Below, in pieces: positions 1-10,366 of a DNA stretch of 52,520 nt. A model generated the notes under the pieces. It had not been told where the DNA came from, ran no database searches, and was given only the letters and a program-made list of their open reading frames with translations. Numbering within the stretch: position 1 is the stretch's first letter; every line of letters starts with the position of its first letter. The position numbers and the translations under genes are program-made. Source of the stretch: Pseudorhodobacter antarcticus (lineage in GTDB: Bacteria; Pseudomonadota; Alphaproteobacteria; Rhodobacterales; Rhodobacteraceae); contig CAMBWO010000001.1 of the NCBI GenBank assembly GCA_945871285.1, positions 1 through 52,520 on the forward strand, in the 5' to 3' direction.

Positions 1-53
1 TCGTCCAGGCCTCGGCCATGGTCAAGGTCACCATCGGCGGCTGCGGCGGCTGA
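1..53 (+). CDS. soxY: SoxY sulfur carrier protein, C-terminal end (partial, runs off window)
   Basis: Frame reads VQASAMVKVTIGGCGG-stop (TGA 51-53), the SoxY swinging-arm signature, directly upstream of soxZ. Confidence 0.95.
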   Translation, partial: VQASAMVKVTIGGCGG

Positions 54-75
54 GTTCAGGGAACAGGAGAGTAGA

Positions 76-405
76 ATGGCAAATGACGCAAAACCCCGCG
101 TGAAAGTTCCCAAGTCGGCTGCGGCTGGCGAAGTGGTGACGATCAAGGCGCTGATTTCGCACAAGATGGAGTCTGGCCAGCGCAAGGACGCCGACGGCGC
201 CCTGATCCCGCGGTCGATCATCAATCGGTTCACCTGCGATCTGAACGGCGTGAACGTGGTCGATGTGACCATCGAACCCGCCGTGTCCACCAACCCCTAT
301 TTCGAGTTTGACGCCAAGGTCGATGCGGCCGGCGAATTCAAGTTCACTTGGTATGATGATGATGGCTCGGTCTATGAAGACGCCAAGCCCATCGAGATCG
401 CCTGA
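76..405 (+). CDS. soxZ: SoxZ thiosulfate oxidation carrier complex protein
   Basis: 109 aa with ISHKMESGQRKD and VSTNPYFEF motifs; GGAGAG RBS; position between soxY and soxA. Confidence 0.95.
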   Translation: MANDAKPRVKVPKSAAAGEVVTIKALISHKMESGQRKDADGALIPRSIINRFTCDLNGVNVVDVTIEPAVSTNPYFEFDAKVDAAGEFKFTWYDDDGSVYEDAKPIEIA

Positions 406-430
406 GCGAACTGGCAGAGGGAGGAAAGCC

Positions 431-1294
431 ATGTATCGCACAGCAACTTCACTGGTTTCGCTGGTTCTGGGTCTTGCCCTGACGGGTGCGGCGCTTGCCG
501 ACCCGGTGGAAGACCAACTGACCGTGGAAACCGAGGACGGATCGATCGACCTTGTCACCACGGCCCCCGCCCCGGCCTATCTGGACGGCGCATTGACCAC
601 CCTGCATTCGGGGTGGCTTTACCGCGAAACCGACACGCGTGACATGCAGCGCGACGACTTTGACAACCCCGGCATGGTGTTTGTCGACCGTGGCCTGGAC
701 AGCTGGAACAAGGCGCAGGGCGTCAATGGCGAAAGCTGTGCCGGTTGCCATCAGGGCCCTGAAACCCTGGCCGGTCTGCGCGCCGTCACCCCCCGTGTCG
801 ATGCCAAGACCGGCAAGCTGATGACGGTCGAAAACTATATCCAGTCCTGCGTGACCGAACGCATGGGGCTGGAAGAGTGGGGTTGGACCGGCGACAAGAT
901 GAAGGACATGCTGGCGCTGATTTCGCTGCAATCGCGCGGCATGGCGGTCAACGTGGCGGTGGACGGCCCGGCCGCCTCGTTCTGGGAGGCGGGCAAGGAC
1001 ATCTATTATACCCGCTTTGGCCAGCTGGAAATGTCCTGCGCCAATTGCCATGAGGACAAGCAGGGTCTGTTCATCCGCTCGGACCACCTGAGCCAGGGCC
1101 AGATCAACGGCTTTCCGACCTATCGTCTGAAGGATGCGGGCATCCTGTCGGCACAGCAGCGTTTTGTCGGCTGTGTCCGCGATACACGGGCGGAAACCTT
1201 CAAGCCCAACTCGGACGAGTTCAAGGCGCTGGAACTGTACGTCGCAAGCCGGGGCAATGGCCTGTCGGTCGAAGGCGTGTCGGTCCGGCACTGA
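431..1294 (+). CDS. soxA: SoxA diheme cytochrome c (L-cysteine S-thiosulfotransferase subunit)
   Basis: Signal peptide from ATG 431 (GGAGG RBS); two CxxCH motifs (CAGCH, CANCH); GCVRDTRAE active-site Cys; ELYVASRGNGL C-terminus. Confidence 0.95.
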   Translation: MYRTATSLVSLVLGLALTGAALADPVEDQLTVETEDGSIDLVTTAPAPAYLDGALTTLHSGWLYRETDTRDMQRDDFDNPGMVFVDRGLDSWNKAQGVNGESCAGCHQGPETLAGLRAVTPRVDAKTGKLMTVENYIQSCVTERMGLEEWGWTGDKMKDMLALISLQSRGMAVNVAVDGPAASFWEAGKDIYYTRFGQLEMSCANCHEDKQGLFIRSDHLSQGQINGFPTYRLKDAGILSAQQRFVGCVRDTRAETFKPNSDEFKALELYVASRGNGLSVEGVSVRH

Positions 1295-1407
1295 TACATC
1301 ACGCCTCCGCCAAGGGCGGGGGCGGGGACAACCACGGGAACATCGGGCTTGGGGCCTGTCGCGCCGCAGCGACCGGCCCCACCATGCCCAAACTCAGGGA
1401 GAAGGCG

Positions 1408-3099
1408 ATGATCAGCCGCCGCGAATTTCTACAGGCCAGCGTGGCCGCCTCTGCCATCGTGGGGGTGTCGGGGTTCGGCAACTGGTCACGGCTGTCTGCC
1501 CAGCAGGCACTGACCCATGACCAGTTGTTGCAGTTTGATGACTTTGGCAATGTCACGCTGATCCACATCACCGACATCCATGCCCAATTGAAACCCATCT
1601 GGTTCCGTGAGCCCGAGATCAATCTGGGCGTGGGCGATGCCAAGGGTCAGGTGCCCCACATCACCGGCAAGGCGTTTTTGAGCCTGTTCAACCTGCCGCC
1701 GGGCAGCCCCGAGGCCCATGCCCTGACGTTCGAGGATTTTGTTGCGCTGTCGCAGACCTATGGCAAGATGGGTGGTCTGGACCGGGTTGCAACGGTCGTC
1801 AATTCGATCCGCGCCGCCCGCCCCGACGCCCTGTTGCTGGACGGTGGCGACACCTGGCACGGGTCTTACACCTGTCTGAAAACCGCCGGGCAGGATGTGG
1901 TCAATGTGATGAACCTGCTGAAACCCGATGCGATGACCTCGCATTTCGAATTTACGCTGGGCATCGACCGGGTGACCGAAATTGTCGAGGGGCTGGATTT
2001 TGCCTTTCTGGGCGCGAACATCTTTGATGCCGAATGGGAAGAGCCGGCCTATGAACCCTACCGGATGTTTGAACGCGGTGGGGTCAAGATTGCCGTGATC
2101 GGGCAGGCCTTTCCCTATCTGCCGATTGCCAACCCGAAATGGATGTTCCCCAACCTGTCCTTTGGCGTGCGCGAGGAGCGTATGGCCGAGGTGGTGCAAG
2201 AGGTCCGCGATGCCGGGGCAGGGCTGGTCGTGCTGTTGTCGCACAACGGCTTTGACGTGGACCGCAAGCTGGCTGGCAATGTGCCGGGCATCGACGTCAT
2301 CCTGACCGGGCACACCCATGACGCGCTGCCCGAACCGGTTCTGGTCGGCAAGACGATCCTGATCGCCTCAGGCTCGAACGGCAAGTTTGTCAGCCGGGTC
2401 GATCTGGATGTGCAAAACGGCCAGATGATGGGGTTCCGGCACAAGCTGATCCCGGTCTTTGCCGACGTCATCACCCCCGACGCGGAGGTTTCCGCCGCGA
2501 TCGAGGCTGAGCGCGCGCCCTATAAGGCCGAGTTGGAGGAGGTGCTGGGGCAGACTGAAAGCCTGCTCTACCGGCGCGGCAATTTCAACGGCACCTGGGA
2601 TGACCTGATCCTGAATGCGTTGCTGGAGGAGCGCGAGGCCGATATCGCCCTGTCGCCCGGGTTCCGCTGGGGGCCATCGCTGATCCCCGGTGCGCCGATC
2701 ACGCGCGAAGATCTGTATAACACCTGCGCGCTGACCTATCCCAATGCCTACCGCACCGAAATGACCGGCGAGACGATCCACACCATTCTGGAGGATGTCG
2801 CCGACAACCTGTTCAACACCGATCCCTATTATCAGCAGGGTGGCGACATGGTTCGGGTGGGGGGCATGGGCTATGCCATCGACGTGTCAAAACCGCAGGG
2901 CAGCCGTCTGACCAACATGACCGTGCTGAAAACCGGCGAGGCGCTGGACCCGGCCAAGACCTATGTCGTCTCGGGCTGGGCCAGCATCAACGAGGATACC
3001 GAAGGTCCCGCCATCGGCGATGTGGTCGAGGCCTATATCCGTCGCAAGGGCACCATCACGCTTGAACCCAACACCTCGGTCACTGTGACCGGGACCTGA
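1408..3099 (+). CDS. soxB: SoxB thiosulfohydrolase
   Basis: Tat signal SRREFL; 5'-nucleotidase-type motifs TDIHAQL, DGGDTW, LLSHNG, GHTHD; YQQGGDMVR. Confidence 0.96.
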   Translation: MISRREFLQASVAASAIVGVSGFGNWSRLSAQQALTHDQLLQFDDFGNVTLIHITDIHAQLKPIWFREPEINLGVGDAKGQVPHITGKAFLSLFNLPPGSPEAHALTFEDFVALSQTYGKMGGLDRVATVVNSIRAARPDALLLDGGDTWHGSYTCLKTAGQDVVNVMNLLKPDAMTSHFEFTLGIDRVTEIVEGLDFAFLGANIFDAEWEEPAYEPYRMFERGGVKIAVIGQAFPYLPIANPKWMFPNLSFGVREERMAEVVQEVRDAGAGLVVLLSHNGFDVDRKLAGNVPGIDVILTGHTHDALPEPVLVGKTILIASGSNGKFVSRVDLDVQNGQMMGFRHKLIPVFADVITPDAEVSAAIEAERAPYKAELEEVLGQTESLLYRRGNFNGTWDDLILNALLEEREADIALSPGFRWGPSLIPGAPITREDLYNTCALTYPNAYRTEMTGETIHTILEDVADNLFNTDPYYQQGGDMVRVGGMGYAIDVSKPQGSRLTNMTVLKTGEALDPAKTYVVSGWASINEDTEGPAIGDVVEAYIRRKGTITLEPNTSVTVTGT

Positions 3100-3116
3100 C
3101 AAGGAAAGGTCGCCCC

Positions 3117-4379
3117 ATGGCCGACGAACCCACATCACGCCGCGCCTTTCTGCGCCAGACCGCTGCCGCCGGTGCGGGGCTGGTCGCCACCGCCGCCGCC
3201 CTGCGCGCCGAAGGGGCCGATCCCCTGATCGCGCAGGTGCAGGACTATGCATCGGCCTTTGGCGCGCCGGTGGATGCGACGCCCTATGGCCTGCCGATCC
3301 GGCACGAGGCGCATGTCGTGCGCCGCAACGTCGAATGGCTGACCGAAAGCCCGGTGTCCTCGATCAACTTCACGCCCATCCATGCGCTGGAGGGGACGAT
3401 CACCCCGCAGGGCTGCGCGTTCGAGCGGCACCATTCGGGCGCGATCGAGCTGAACAAGCAGGATTACCGCCTGATGATCAACGGGTTGGTGGACAGGCCG
3501 CTGGTCTTTACCTTTGCCGACCTGATGCGCTTTCCGCGCAGGGTGCTGACGTCGTTTTGCGAATGTGCGGCAAATGGCGGGATGGAATGGAACGGGGCGC
3601 AGCTGGAAGGCGCGCAGTTCACCCATGGCATGATCCATAACATGGAATACACCGGCATCCCCCTGCGCGTGTTGCTGGAAGAGGCGGGCGTGCAGCCCGC
3701 GGGCAAATGGATCTATGTCGAGGGCCATGACGCCAGTTCCAACGGGCGGTCCATTCCCCTGGACAAGGCGATGGATGACGTTCTGGTCGCCTTCTTTGCC
3801 AATGGCGAGGCGCTGCGGATGGAACATGGCTATCCCGTCCGGCTGGTCGTGCCGGGGTGGGAAGGCAACATGTGGGTCAAATGGGTGCGCCGTATCGGCA
3901 TCTATGCCAATGCCGTCGAAAGCCGCGAGGAAACCTCGAAATACACCGACCTGATGCCGGACGGTCGCGCCCGCAAATGGACCTGGACGATGGATGCCAA
4001 ATCCGTCGTCACCTCGCCCAGCCCGCAGGCGCCGATCCAGCACGGGCCGGGTCCGATGGTCATCACGGGCCTCGCCTGGAGCGGCAATGGCAAGATTGCC
4101 CGAGTGGATGTGTCCACCGATGGGGGCGTGACATGGACCCCGGCGCGGCTGTCGGGGGATGTGAAGCCCAAGGCGCTGACCCGCTTTCACCTGGACTACA
4201 TCTGGGACGGGTCCGAGATGCTGTTGCAGGCCCGCGCCACGGATGAAACCGGCTATGTCCAGCCCACCAAGGCGGCCTTGCGCGCCATCCGGGGTGTAAA
4301 TTCTGTCTATCATAACAACGGTATACAGACCTGGTGGGTCAAGGTCGACGGGGAGGTCGAGAATGTCGAAATCGCGTAA
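3117..4379 (+). CDS. soxC: SoxC sulfane dehydrogenase molybdopterin subunit
   Basis: Tat signal SRRAFL; FERHH, CECAANG (Mo-ligand Cys) and GYPVRLVVPGWEG sulfite-oxidase family motifs. Confidence 0.96.
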   Translation: MADEPTSRRAFLRQTAAAGAGLVATAAALRAEGADPLIAQVQDYASAFGAPVDATPYGLPIRHEAHVVRRNVEWLTESPVSSINFTPIHALEGTITPQGCAFERHHSGAIELNKQDYRLMINGLVDRPLVFTFADLMRFPRRVLTSFCECAANGGMEWNGAQLEGAQFTHGMIHNMEYTGIPLRVLLEEAGVQPAGKWIYVEGHDASSNGRSIPLDKAMDDVLVAFFANGEALRMEHGYPVRLVVPGWEGNMWVKWVRRIGIYANAVESREETSKYTDLMPDGRARKWTWTMDAKSVVTSPSPQAPIQHGPGPMVITGLAWSGNGKIARVDVSTDGGVTWTPARLSGDVKPKALTRFHLDYIWDGSEMLLQARATDETGYVQPTKAALRAIRGVNSVYHNNGIQTWWVKVDGEVENVEIA

Positions 4380-5439
4380 TCTGGCGCTTGGCACCGCCCT
4401 TCTGGCCGTGACGGCCGCCCCCGTTCTGGCCGAAAGGCTGGGTCTGGGGCGCGCGGCCCTGCCGGAAGAAGTGAGCGCCTGGGACCTGTCGGTTCAGCCC
4501 GATGGCACCGGCCTGCGGGCCGGTTCGGGCGATGTGCTGACGGGTGAGGAGGTGTTTGCCGAAAAATGCGCCTCGTGCCACGGCGAGTTTGCCGAGGGGC
4601 TGGACAGCTGGCCCGTGCTGGCGGGCGGCGACGGGTCGCTGCGCGATCCGCGTCCGGTGAAAACCGTGGGCAGCTATTGGCCCTATCTGTCCACCGTTTT
4701 CGACTATGTGCACCGTTCGATGCCCTTTGGCGGGGCGCAGACCGTGACGGTGGACGAAACCTATGCCATCACCGCGTTTCTGTTGTATTCCAATGGCTTG
4801 GTCGAGGATGACTTCGTTCTGTCGAACGAGAATTTCCTGGAGGTGCAGATGCCCAATGCCGGGGGCTTCTATGTCGATGACCGGGTGACGGCGGAATATC
4901 CGGGCTTTACGGTGGAACCTTGCATGACGGCCTGTCTGCCGGCCGCACCGCACGTGACCAAACGCGCCGCCGAGTTGAAGGTGACGCCGACCGACCCTGA
5001 TGGCAAACCGGCGGGGACCCTGCCGTCGCTGACCATGGCCGCCGTCATCGAACCGGCCCCGGCTGAGGCTGAGGCCACGCCGGTCGAGGCTGAACCGGAA
5101 CCCGCCGCCGCTGTGGACCCGGAATTGGTCGCAGCCGGTGAAAAGGTGTTCAAGAAATGCGCCGCCTGCCACAAGGTGGGCGAGGGCGCCAAGAATGCGG
5201 TCGGGCCGATGCTGAACGGCGTTCTGGGCAAACCGGCGGCCTCGGTTGAAGGGTTCAAGTATTCTGCCGCCCTGACCGGGGCCGGGGCCGGTGGCATGGT
5301 GTGGGATGCGGCCACGCTGGATGGCTATCTGGCTGATCCCAAGGGATTTATCCCCAAGAACAAGATGGCCTTCGCCGGTCTGAAAAAGCCCGAGGATCGG
5401 GCGGCGCTGATCGCCTATCTGTCCCAGTTCGCCCCATGA
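4363..5439 (+). CDS. soxD: SoxD diheme cytochrome c
   Basis: Overlaps soxC; CASCH and CAACH; KTVGSYWPY and RSMPF motifs; Pro/Ala/Glu linker to a second c2-like domain. Confidence 0.94.
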   Translation: MSKSRNLALGTALLAVTAAPVLAERLGLGRAALPEEVSAWDLSVQPDGTGLRAGSGDVLTGEEVFAEKCASCHGEFAEGLDSWPVLAGGDGSLRDPRPVKTVGSYWPYLSTVFDYVHRSMPFGGAQTVTVDETYAITAFLLYSNGLVEDDFVLSNENFLEVQMPNAGGFYVDDRVTAEYPGFTVEPCMTACLPAAPHVTKRAAELKVTPTDPDGKPAGTLPSLTMAAVIEPAPAEAEATPVEAEPEPAAAVDPELVAAGEKVFKKCAACHKVGEGAKNAVGPMLNGVLGKPAASVEGFKYSAALTGAGAGGMVWDAATLDGYLADPKGFIPKNKMAFAGLKKPEDRAALIAYLSQFAP

Positions 5440-6146
5440 GGCGCCGGCCCCTGCGCCTGCTTGCCACCATCACCCTTGCCGCCGCGGCACAGTCCGCGGC
5501 GGCCGAGGGGATCGGCGATGCGGCGCGGGGCGCGGACCTGTTCAAGGGCCAGTGTGCGGGGTGTCACCAGATCGGGAACGGCGCCGCGAACCGGGTCGGT
5601 CCGCGTCTGACCGGCGTCTTCGGGCGGCGGGCGGGCAGAGTGGACGGCTTTGCCTATTCCAAAGCCATGGCACGGATGGGCAGCGACGGCCTGACCTGGA
5701 CGCTGGAGACCCTGGACCCCTATGTCGCCAACCCCAGGGCCTTGGTGTCGGGCACCCGGATGAACTATCGCGGCCTGCCCGATGCGACCGACCGCGCCGA
5801 CCTTTTGGCCTATCTGCGCGACTTTTCCGATCAGCCGGGCAACATCCCCGAGGCCGAACCGACCGCCCGCAAGACCGATCCCGACCTGGACCCCGCCATT
5901 CTGGCGATCCAGGGCGACCCCGACTACGGCGCGTATCTGTCGTCGGAATGCGCGACCTGCCATCAGGCCGATGGCTCGGATCAGGGTATCCCGTCGATCA
6001 CCCGCTGGCCACCGCAGGATTTCGTGGTGGCCATGCATGCCTACAAGCAGAAACTGCGCCCGCATCCGGTGATGCAGATGATGGCCGGACGCCTGTCGAA
6101 TGACGAGATTGCGGCGCTGGCAGCCTATTTCGCCATGCTGGACTGA
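5436..6146 (+). CDS. soxE: SoxE diheme cytochrome c
   Basis: ATGA overlap with soxD; signal peptide; CAGCH and CATCH; position in the sox gene order. Confidence 0.88.
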   Translation: MRRRPLRLLATITLAAAAQSAAAEGIGDAARGADLFKGQCAGCHQIGNGAANRVGPRLTGVFGRRAGRVDGFAYSKAMARMGSDGLTWTLETLDPYVANPRALVSGTRMNYRGLPDATDRADLLAYLRDFSDQPGNIPEAEPTARKTDPDLDPAILAIQGDPDYGAYLSSECATCHQADGSDQGIPSITRWPPQDFVVAMHAYKQKLRPHPVMQMMAGRLSNDEIAALAAYFAMLD

Positions 6147-6183
6147 ACCGCGGCCCGCTACACCCATGAGGGAGGACCCAAGA

Positions 6184-7443
6184 ATGATCCTGAACAGACG
6201 TCATTTCATCGGCACCGGTCTTGCCACTGGCGCCGTGCTGGCCGCCCCGACGGTCTGGGGGCAGGCCAAACCCCGTGTCGTGGTCATCGGCGGGGGGGCA
6301 GGCGGGGCCACCGCCGCCCGCTATCTGGCCAAGGACAGCGACGGCGCGCTGAACGTGACGCTGGTCGAGGCGAATCCGGTCTATACCACCTGCTTCTTTT
6401 CCAACCTGCATCTGGGCGGGATTCGCGCGTTTGACAGCCTGCAACACGGCTATGACAGGATCGGCGCAGGTGTGACCGTCGTGCATGATCTGGCCACCGC
6501 CGTCGACCGCGCGGCCAGGACCGTCACGCTGAGGGGCGGGCAGGTGCTGGCCTATGACCGGCTGGTCCTGTCGCCCGGCATTGATTTCAAGGATGGCTCG
6601 GTCCCCGGTTGGACGGTCGAGCACGCCGAGGTGATGCCCCATGCCTACAAGGCCGGGCCGCAGACCCAGCTGTTGAAGGCGATGGTTCAGGCCATGCCCC
6701 AAGGCGGCACCTTTGCCATGATTGCCCCGCCCAACCCCTATCGCTGCCCGCCCGGTCCTTATGAACGCATCAGCATGATTGCCCATCTGCTGAAGGCGGG
6801 CAACCCGACCGCCAAGATCCTGATCCTTGATCCCAAGGAGAAATTCTCGAAACAGGCGTTGTTCGAGGAGGCTTGGGGCAAGTATTACGACGGCATGGTC
6901 GACTGGATCAGCCCCGAGTTTGGCGGCGGTGCGGTCGAGGTGCGGCCCGACACGATGGAGGTCGTGATCGAAGGGCAGGCGCAAAAGGTGGATGTCTGCA
7001 ACGTCATCCCCGGTCAGATCGCGGGCAAGATCGCGGCGCTGGCGGGCGTCACCGATGACAGCGGCTGGGCGCCGGTCGATCCGGCCACCATGCAGGCCCG
7101 CGCCGATGCCACCGTTTACGTGCTGGGCGACAGCAGCGCGCAGGGCGACATGCCGAAATCCGGTTTTTCCGCCAATTCGCAGGCCAAGGTCGCGTCGATG
7201 ACGATCCGGGGCGAGTTGCTGGGGTCCAAGGTCTTTGCGGCCAAGTATTCCAACACCTGCTGGTCGCTGCTGGCGCCGGATGATGCCGTCAAGGTCGGGG
7301 CCAGCTATGAACCCACCCCCGAAAAGATCGCCTCGGTCGAAAGTTTCATTTCGGCCACGGGCGAGGATGCCGCCCTGCGCAAGGCCACCTATGACGAAAG
7401 CCTTGGCTGGTACGCCGGGATCACCGCCGACATGTTCGGTTGA
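6184..7443 (+). CDS. soxF: SoxF flavocytochrome c sulfide dehydrogenase, flavoprotein subunit
   Basis: Tat signal NRRHF; VVVIGGGAGG FAD motif; PYRCPPGPYER; NTCWS; GGAGG RBS before ATG 6184. Confidence 0.93.
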   Translation: MILNRRHFIGTGLATGAVLAAPTVWGQAKPRVVVIGGGAGGATAARYLAKDSDGALNVTLVEANPVYTTCFFSNLHLGGIRAFDSLQHGYDRIGAGVTVVHDLATAVDRAARTVTLRGGQVLAYDRLVLSPGIDFKDGSVPGWTVEHAEVMPHAYKAGPQTQLLKAMVQAMPQGGTFAMIAPPNPYRCPPGPYERISMIAHLLKAGNPTAKILILDPKEKFSKQALFEEAWGKYYDGMVDWISPEFGGGAVEVRPDTMEVVIEGQAQKVDVCNVIPGQIAGKIAALAGVTDDSGWAPVDPATMQARADATVYVLGDSSAQGDMPKSGFSANSQAKVASMTIRGELLGSKVFAAKYSNTCWSLLAPDDAVKVGASYEPTPEKIASVESFISATGEDAALRKATYDESLGWYAGITADMFG

Positions 7444-7466
7444 ACGACAGCCCTGAAAGGTGCCCC

Positions 7467-8363
7467 ATGCTGACCCGTCGCCTGATCCTGACCGCCGCCC
7501 TTGTCCTGCCCGCCCACCGCCTGTGGGCCGCGTCGACCCTGACAATGGGCGCGGTGCGGATCGACACTCTGTCCGATGGCAATCTGGTCCTGCCCGGCGA
7601 TTTCATCCTGGGGGGCATGCCGCAGGATGAAATGGCCGCCATCGTCGCCAAATACGGCCTGCCGACCGATCAGTTGACGCCGCCTTGCAACGTGACCCTG
7701 CTGCGCGACGGCACCAACACGGTGCTGTTTGACGTGGGCGCCGGCCCGGATTTCCAGCCTAGCGCCGGCAAACTGGCCGAGGCTTTGGCGGCGGCCGACC
7801 TGACCCCCGAGGACATCACCCACGTCCTGATCACCCACGGCCACCCCGACCACATCTGGGGTCTGCTGGATGAGTTTGACGACCCCACCTTTCCCAACGC
7901 CGCCCATCTGATCGGCCAGGCCGAGTTCGCGTATTGGACCGACCCGAACACCGTTGCCACCATCGGCGACGCCCGCACCACCTTTGCTGTTGGGGCCGAA
8001 CGGCGGCTGTCTGTCCTGGCGGACCGGCTGACCTTTGTGCAGGACGGGGCCGAGGTTCTGCCCGGCATCGCCGCCCGCCTGACCCCCGGCCACACCCCCG
8101 GCCATCTGGCGTTTGAGGTGCGCGCAGGATCAGATCAGGTCATGGTGGTGGGGGATGCCTTGGGCAATCATCACGTTGCCTTTGAACGGCCCGACTGGCC
8201 GTCAGGCTCCGATCAGGACGCGGCACGGGCCGCCACAACCCGCACGGCCCTGCTGGACCAGATCAGCAGCGCCCAGATGCGGCTGGTCGGCTATCACCTG
8301 CCCGGCGGCGGCATTGGCCGTGTCGAAAGGGTCGATGGCGGTTACCGGTTCGTCGCAGGATGA
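7467..8363 (+). CDS. soxG: SoxG, metallo-beta-lactamase fold hydrolase
   Basis: Tat-like TRRLIL; THGHPDH and PGHTPGH MBL motifs; follows soxF. Confidence 0.85.
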   Translation: MLTRRLILTAALVLPAHRLWAASTLTMGAVRIDTLSDGNLVLPGDFILGGMPQDEMAAIVAKYGLPTDQLTPPCNVTLLRDGTNTVLFDVGAGPDFQPSAGKLAEALAAADLTPEDITHVLITHGHPDHIWGLLDEFDDPTFPNAAHLIGQAEFAYWTDPNTVATIGDARTTFAVGAERRLSVLADRLTFVQDGAEVLPGIAARLTPGHTPGHLAFEVRAGSDQVMVVGDALGNHHVAFERPDWPSGSDQDAARAATTRTALLDQISSAQMRLVGYHLPGGGIGRVERVDGGYRFVAG

Positions 8364-9301
8364 TGCGCGCCCTTGCCCTGATCCTGCTCGCCACCCCCGC
8401 CTTGGGGTCCGAGGATATCCCCGACCAATACCCCGCCTCCCTGCTTTACGCCAAACCGGTCGAGGTGATCCCCCATGTCTTCACCGCCACGGGCGCCACG
8501 GCCCCGCCGACCTATGAAAACGCGGGCCATAACAACAACCTGTCCTTCATCGTCACCGGCGACGGGGTGATCGTGATCAATGGCAGCGCCAGCTTTCTGC
8601 TGGCCCGCGCCCTGCATGAGGAAATCAAGGCTGTCACCGATCAACCCGTCCGGCTGGTGATTGATGAAAACGGCCAGGGCCACGCCATGCTGGGCAACAG
8701 CTATTGGGCGGCCCTGGGGGTGCCTGTTCTGGCCCACGAAGAGGCCGCCGCCGAGTTCGATGAGACCGCCGATCAGGCCCTGATCGCCCTGCGCGGCTAT
8801 GCCCGCGAAAACGCCGAAGGCACCACCATCGCCCCGCCGACCGAAACCTTTACCGACACCAAGACCATCACCATGGGCGAGGTGACGGTGCAGGTTCTGC
8901 ACCTTGGCCCCGCCCATTCGCCGGGGGACACGCAGGTCTGGATCCCGCAATGGGGCATGATGATTGCCGGTGACATCGCCTTTCACGAACGGATGCCGCC
9001 GATATTCGAGGGCACCTGCACGTCGTGCTGGATCGAGACCTGGGATACGGCCTTTGCGCCGCTGAACCCGACCTATGTGATTCCCGGCCACGGCCACCCG
9101 ACCAATCTGGCGCAGGTCACCCGCCATACCCGCGACTATGTGGCCGATTTGCGTGAAAAGATCGCCGCGCATATCGCGGCGGGCGGCGATCTGGCCGGGG
9201 CCTATTACGTCGATCAAAGCCGGTGGCAACATCTTGATACCTTTGAAGACCTAGCGACCAAGAATGCCGGCGTGGTGTTTTCGGAAATGGAGTTCGAATA
9301 A
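8360..9301 (+). CDS. soxH: SoxH, metallo-beta-lactamase fold protein
   Basis: ATGA overlap; ENAGHNNNL, ENGQGHAMLGN, GPAHSPGD, IPGHG; C-terminal EMEFE. Confidence 0.88.
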   Translation: MMRALALILLATPALGSEDIPDQYPASLLYAKPVEVIPHVFTATGATAPPTYENAGHNNNLSFIVTGDGVIVINGSASFLLARALHEEIKAVTDQPVRLVIDENGQGHAMLGNSYWAALGVPVLAHEEAAAEFDETADQALIALRGYARENAEGTTIAPPTETFTDTKTITMGEVTVQVLHLGPAHSPGDTQVWIPQWGMMIAGDIAFHERMPPIFEGTCTSCWIETWDTAFAPLNPTYVIPGHGHPTNLAQVTRHTRDYVADLREKIAAHIAAGGDLAGAYYVDQSRWQHLDTFEDLATKNAGVVFSEMEFE

Positions 9302-9304
9302 AGG

Positions 9305-10366
9305 TCAGGCCGTCACCGCCCCGCGCACCTGATCGACCAGAAGATCGGTGATCACCGCCCCGATCCACATGCACAAGAGCGCCAACCACGCCGTCGCCAC
9401 GAAGATCGACCCGCCGGAGACCCCGGCGCCAATCGCGCAGCCGCCCGCCAGCATCGCGCCAAAGCCCATCAGCGCGGCCCCCGTCATCGACCGGCGCATC
9501 TGGCCCTCACCCTCGAACCCCTGAAACTTCAGTTCACGCGACAGGGCGGCGGCGACAAAGGCCCCGGCAAACACGCCCGGCACCAGCCCGATGTCAAAAT
9601 CCAGAACGGCATCCGGTGTCAGGAAGAACATCAGCATGTTGGCCGACGGCCCCGAAAAGGTGGCCGATGTCACGCTGACCGGATCGAACGCCTGTTGCGA
9701 CAGGGCAAAGGTCGAAACCCATCCCAGCGCCACCGCAAACCCGACGCCCGAGGCAAAGATCAACACCCGCGCGCCAATCTGGTTCCGCCGTGCCAGAAAC
9801 AGCGCCAGAATGGCGGTGACACAGCCTATTGCCAGCCCGGTCCCCTCGGGCAGCGACAGCGCCGCCAGCAGGTCGATATTGGTCCCGCCCGGCGTGGTCC
9901 ACAGGCCCGCCAGCGCCTCACGCGCCGGAGACAGGGCTCCGTGCAGCGCCATCTGCGCCACCACGGCAAGGATCAGTCCCGAAATCACCGACCGCAGGTT
10001 GCCCGTGGCCGCCAGCACCAGCAACCGCCCCGAACAGCCCCGCGCCAGCACCATGCCCGCGCCAAACATCAGCCCGCCGATGACGGCGCCCGACCATGAC
10101 CCGGTCACCGCCATCATCCGCGCATCACTGGCGCGAAACAGCCCCAGCATCTGCGCGCTCTGAACCCAGATCACCGCCGTCGAGAAGGTCAAGAGCCAGA
10201 CCGACACCCGTGGCCCCAACTGGCCCCGGGCAAACTCGACCGTCGCCGCCCGCAAACAGAACGACGACCGCTGTGCCGCAAAGCCAAACACCGCGCCCAC
10301 CAAAAGGCCGAACAGGGCGACCAGAACCGCCTCTTCCATCAGGTCAAACAGAAAGCCAAGGTTCAT
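9305..10366 (-). CDS. YeeE/YedE family (SoxT-like) sulfur compound transporter
   Basis: Polytopic membrane protein with three conserved Cys motifs (RSSFCL, LARGCSG, LAGGCAIG); converges on soxH. Confidence 0.88.
   Translation of the reverse strand: MNLGFLFDLMEEAVLVALFGLLVGAVFGFAAQRSSFCLRAATVEFARGQLGPRVSVWLLTFSTAVIWVQSAQMLGLFRASDARMMAVTGSWSGAVIGGLMFGAGMVLARGCSGRLLVLAATGNLRSVISGLILAVVAQMALHGALSPAREALAGLWTTPGGTNIDLLAALSLPEGTGLAIGCVTAILALFLARRNQIGARVLIFASGVGFAVALGWVSTFALSQQAFDPVSVTSATFSGPSANMLMFFLTPDAVLDFDIGLVPGVFAGAFVAAALSRELKFQGFEGEGQMRRSMTGAALMGFGAMLAGGCAIGAGVSGGSIFVATAWLALLCMWIGAVITDLLVDQVRGAVTA

Noticed and set aside
5050-5120. Repetitive GCTGAG/GAACCG stretch in soxD
   Set aside because: It encodes the ordinary Pro/Ala/Glu inter-heme linker.
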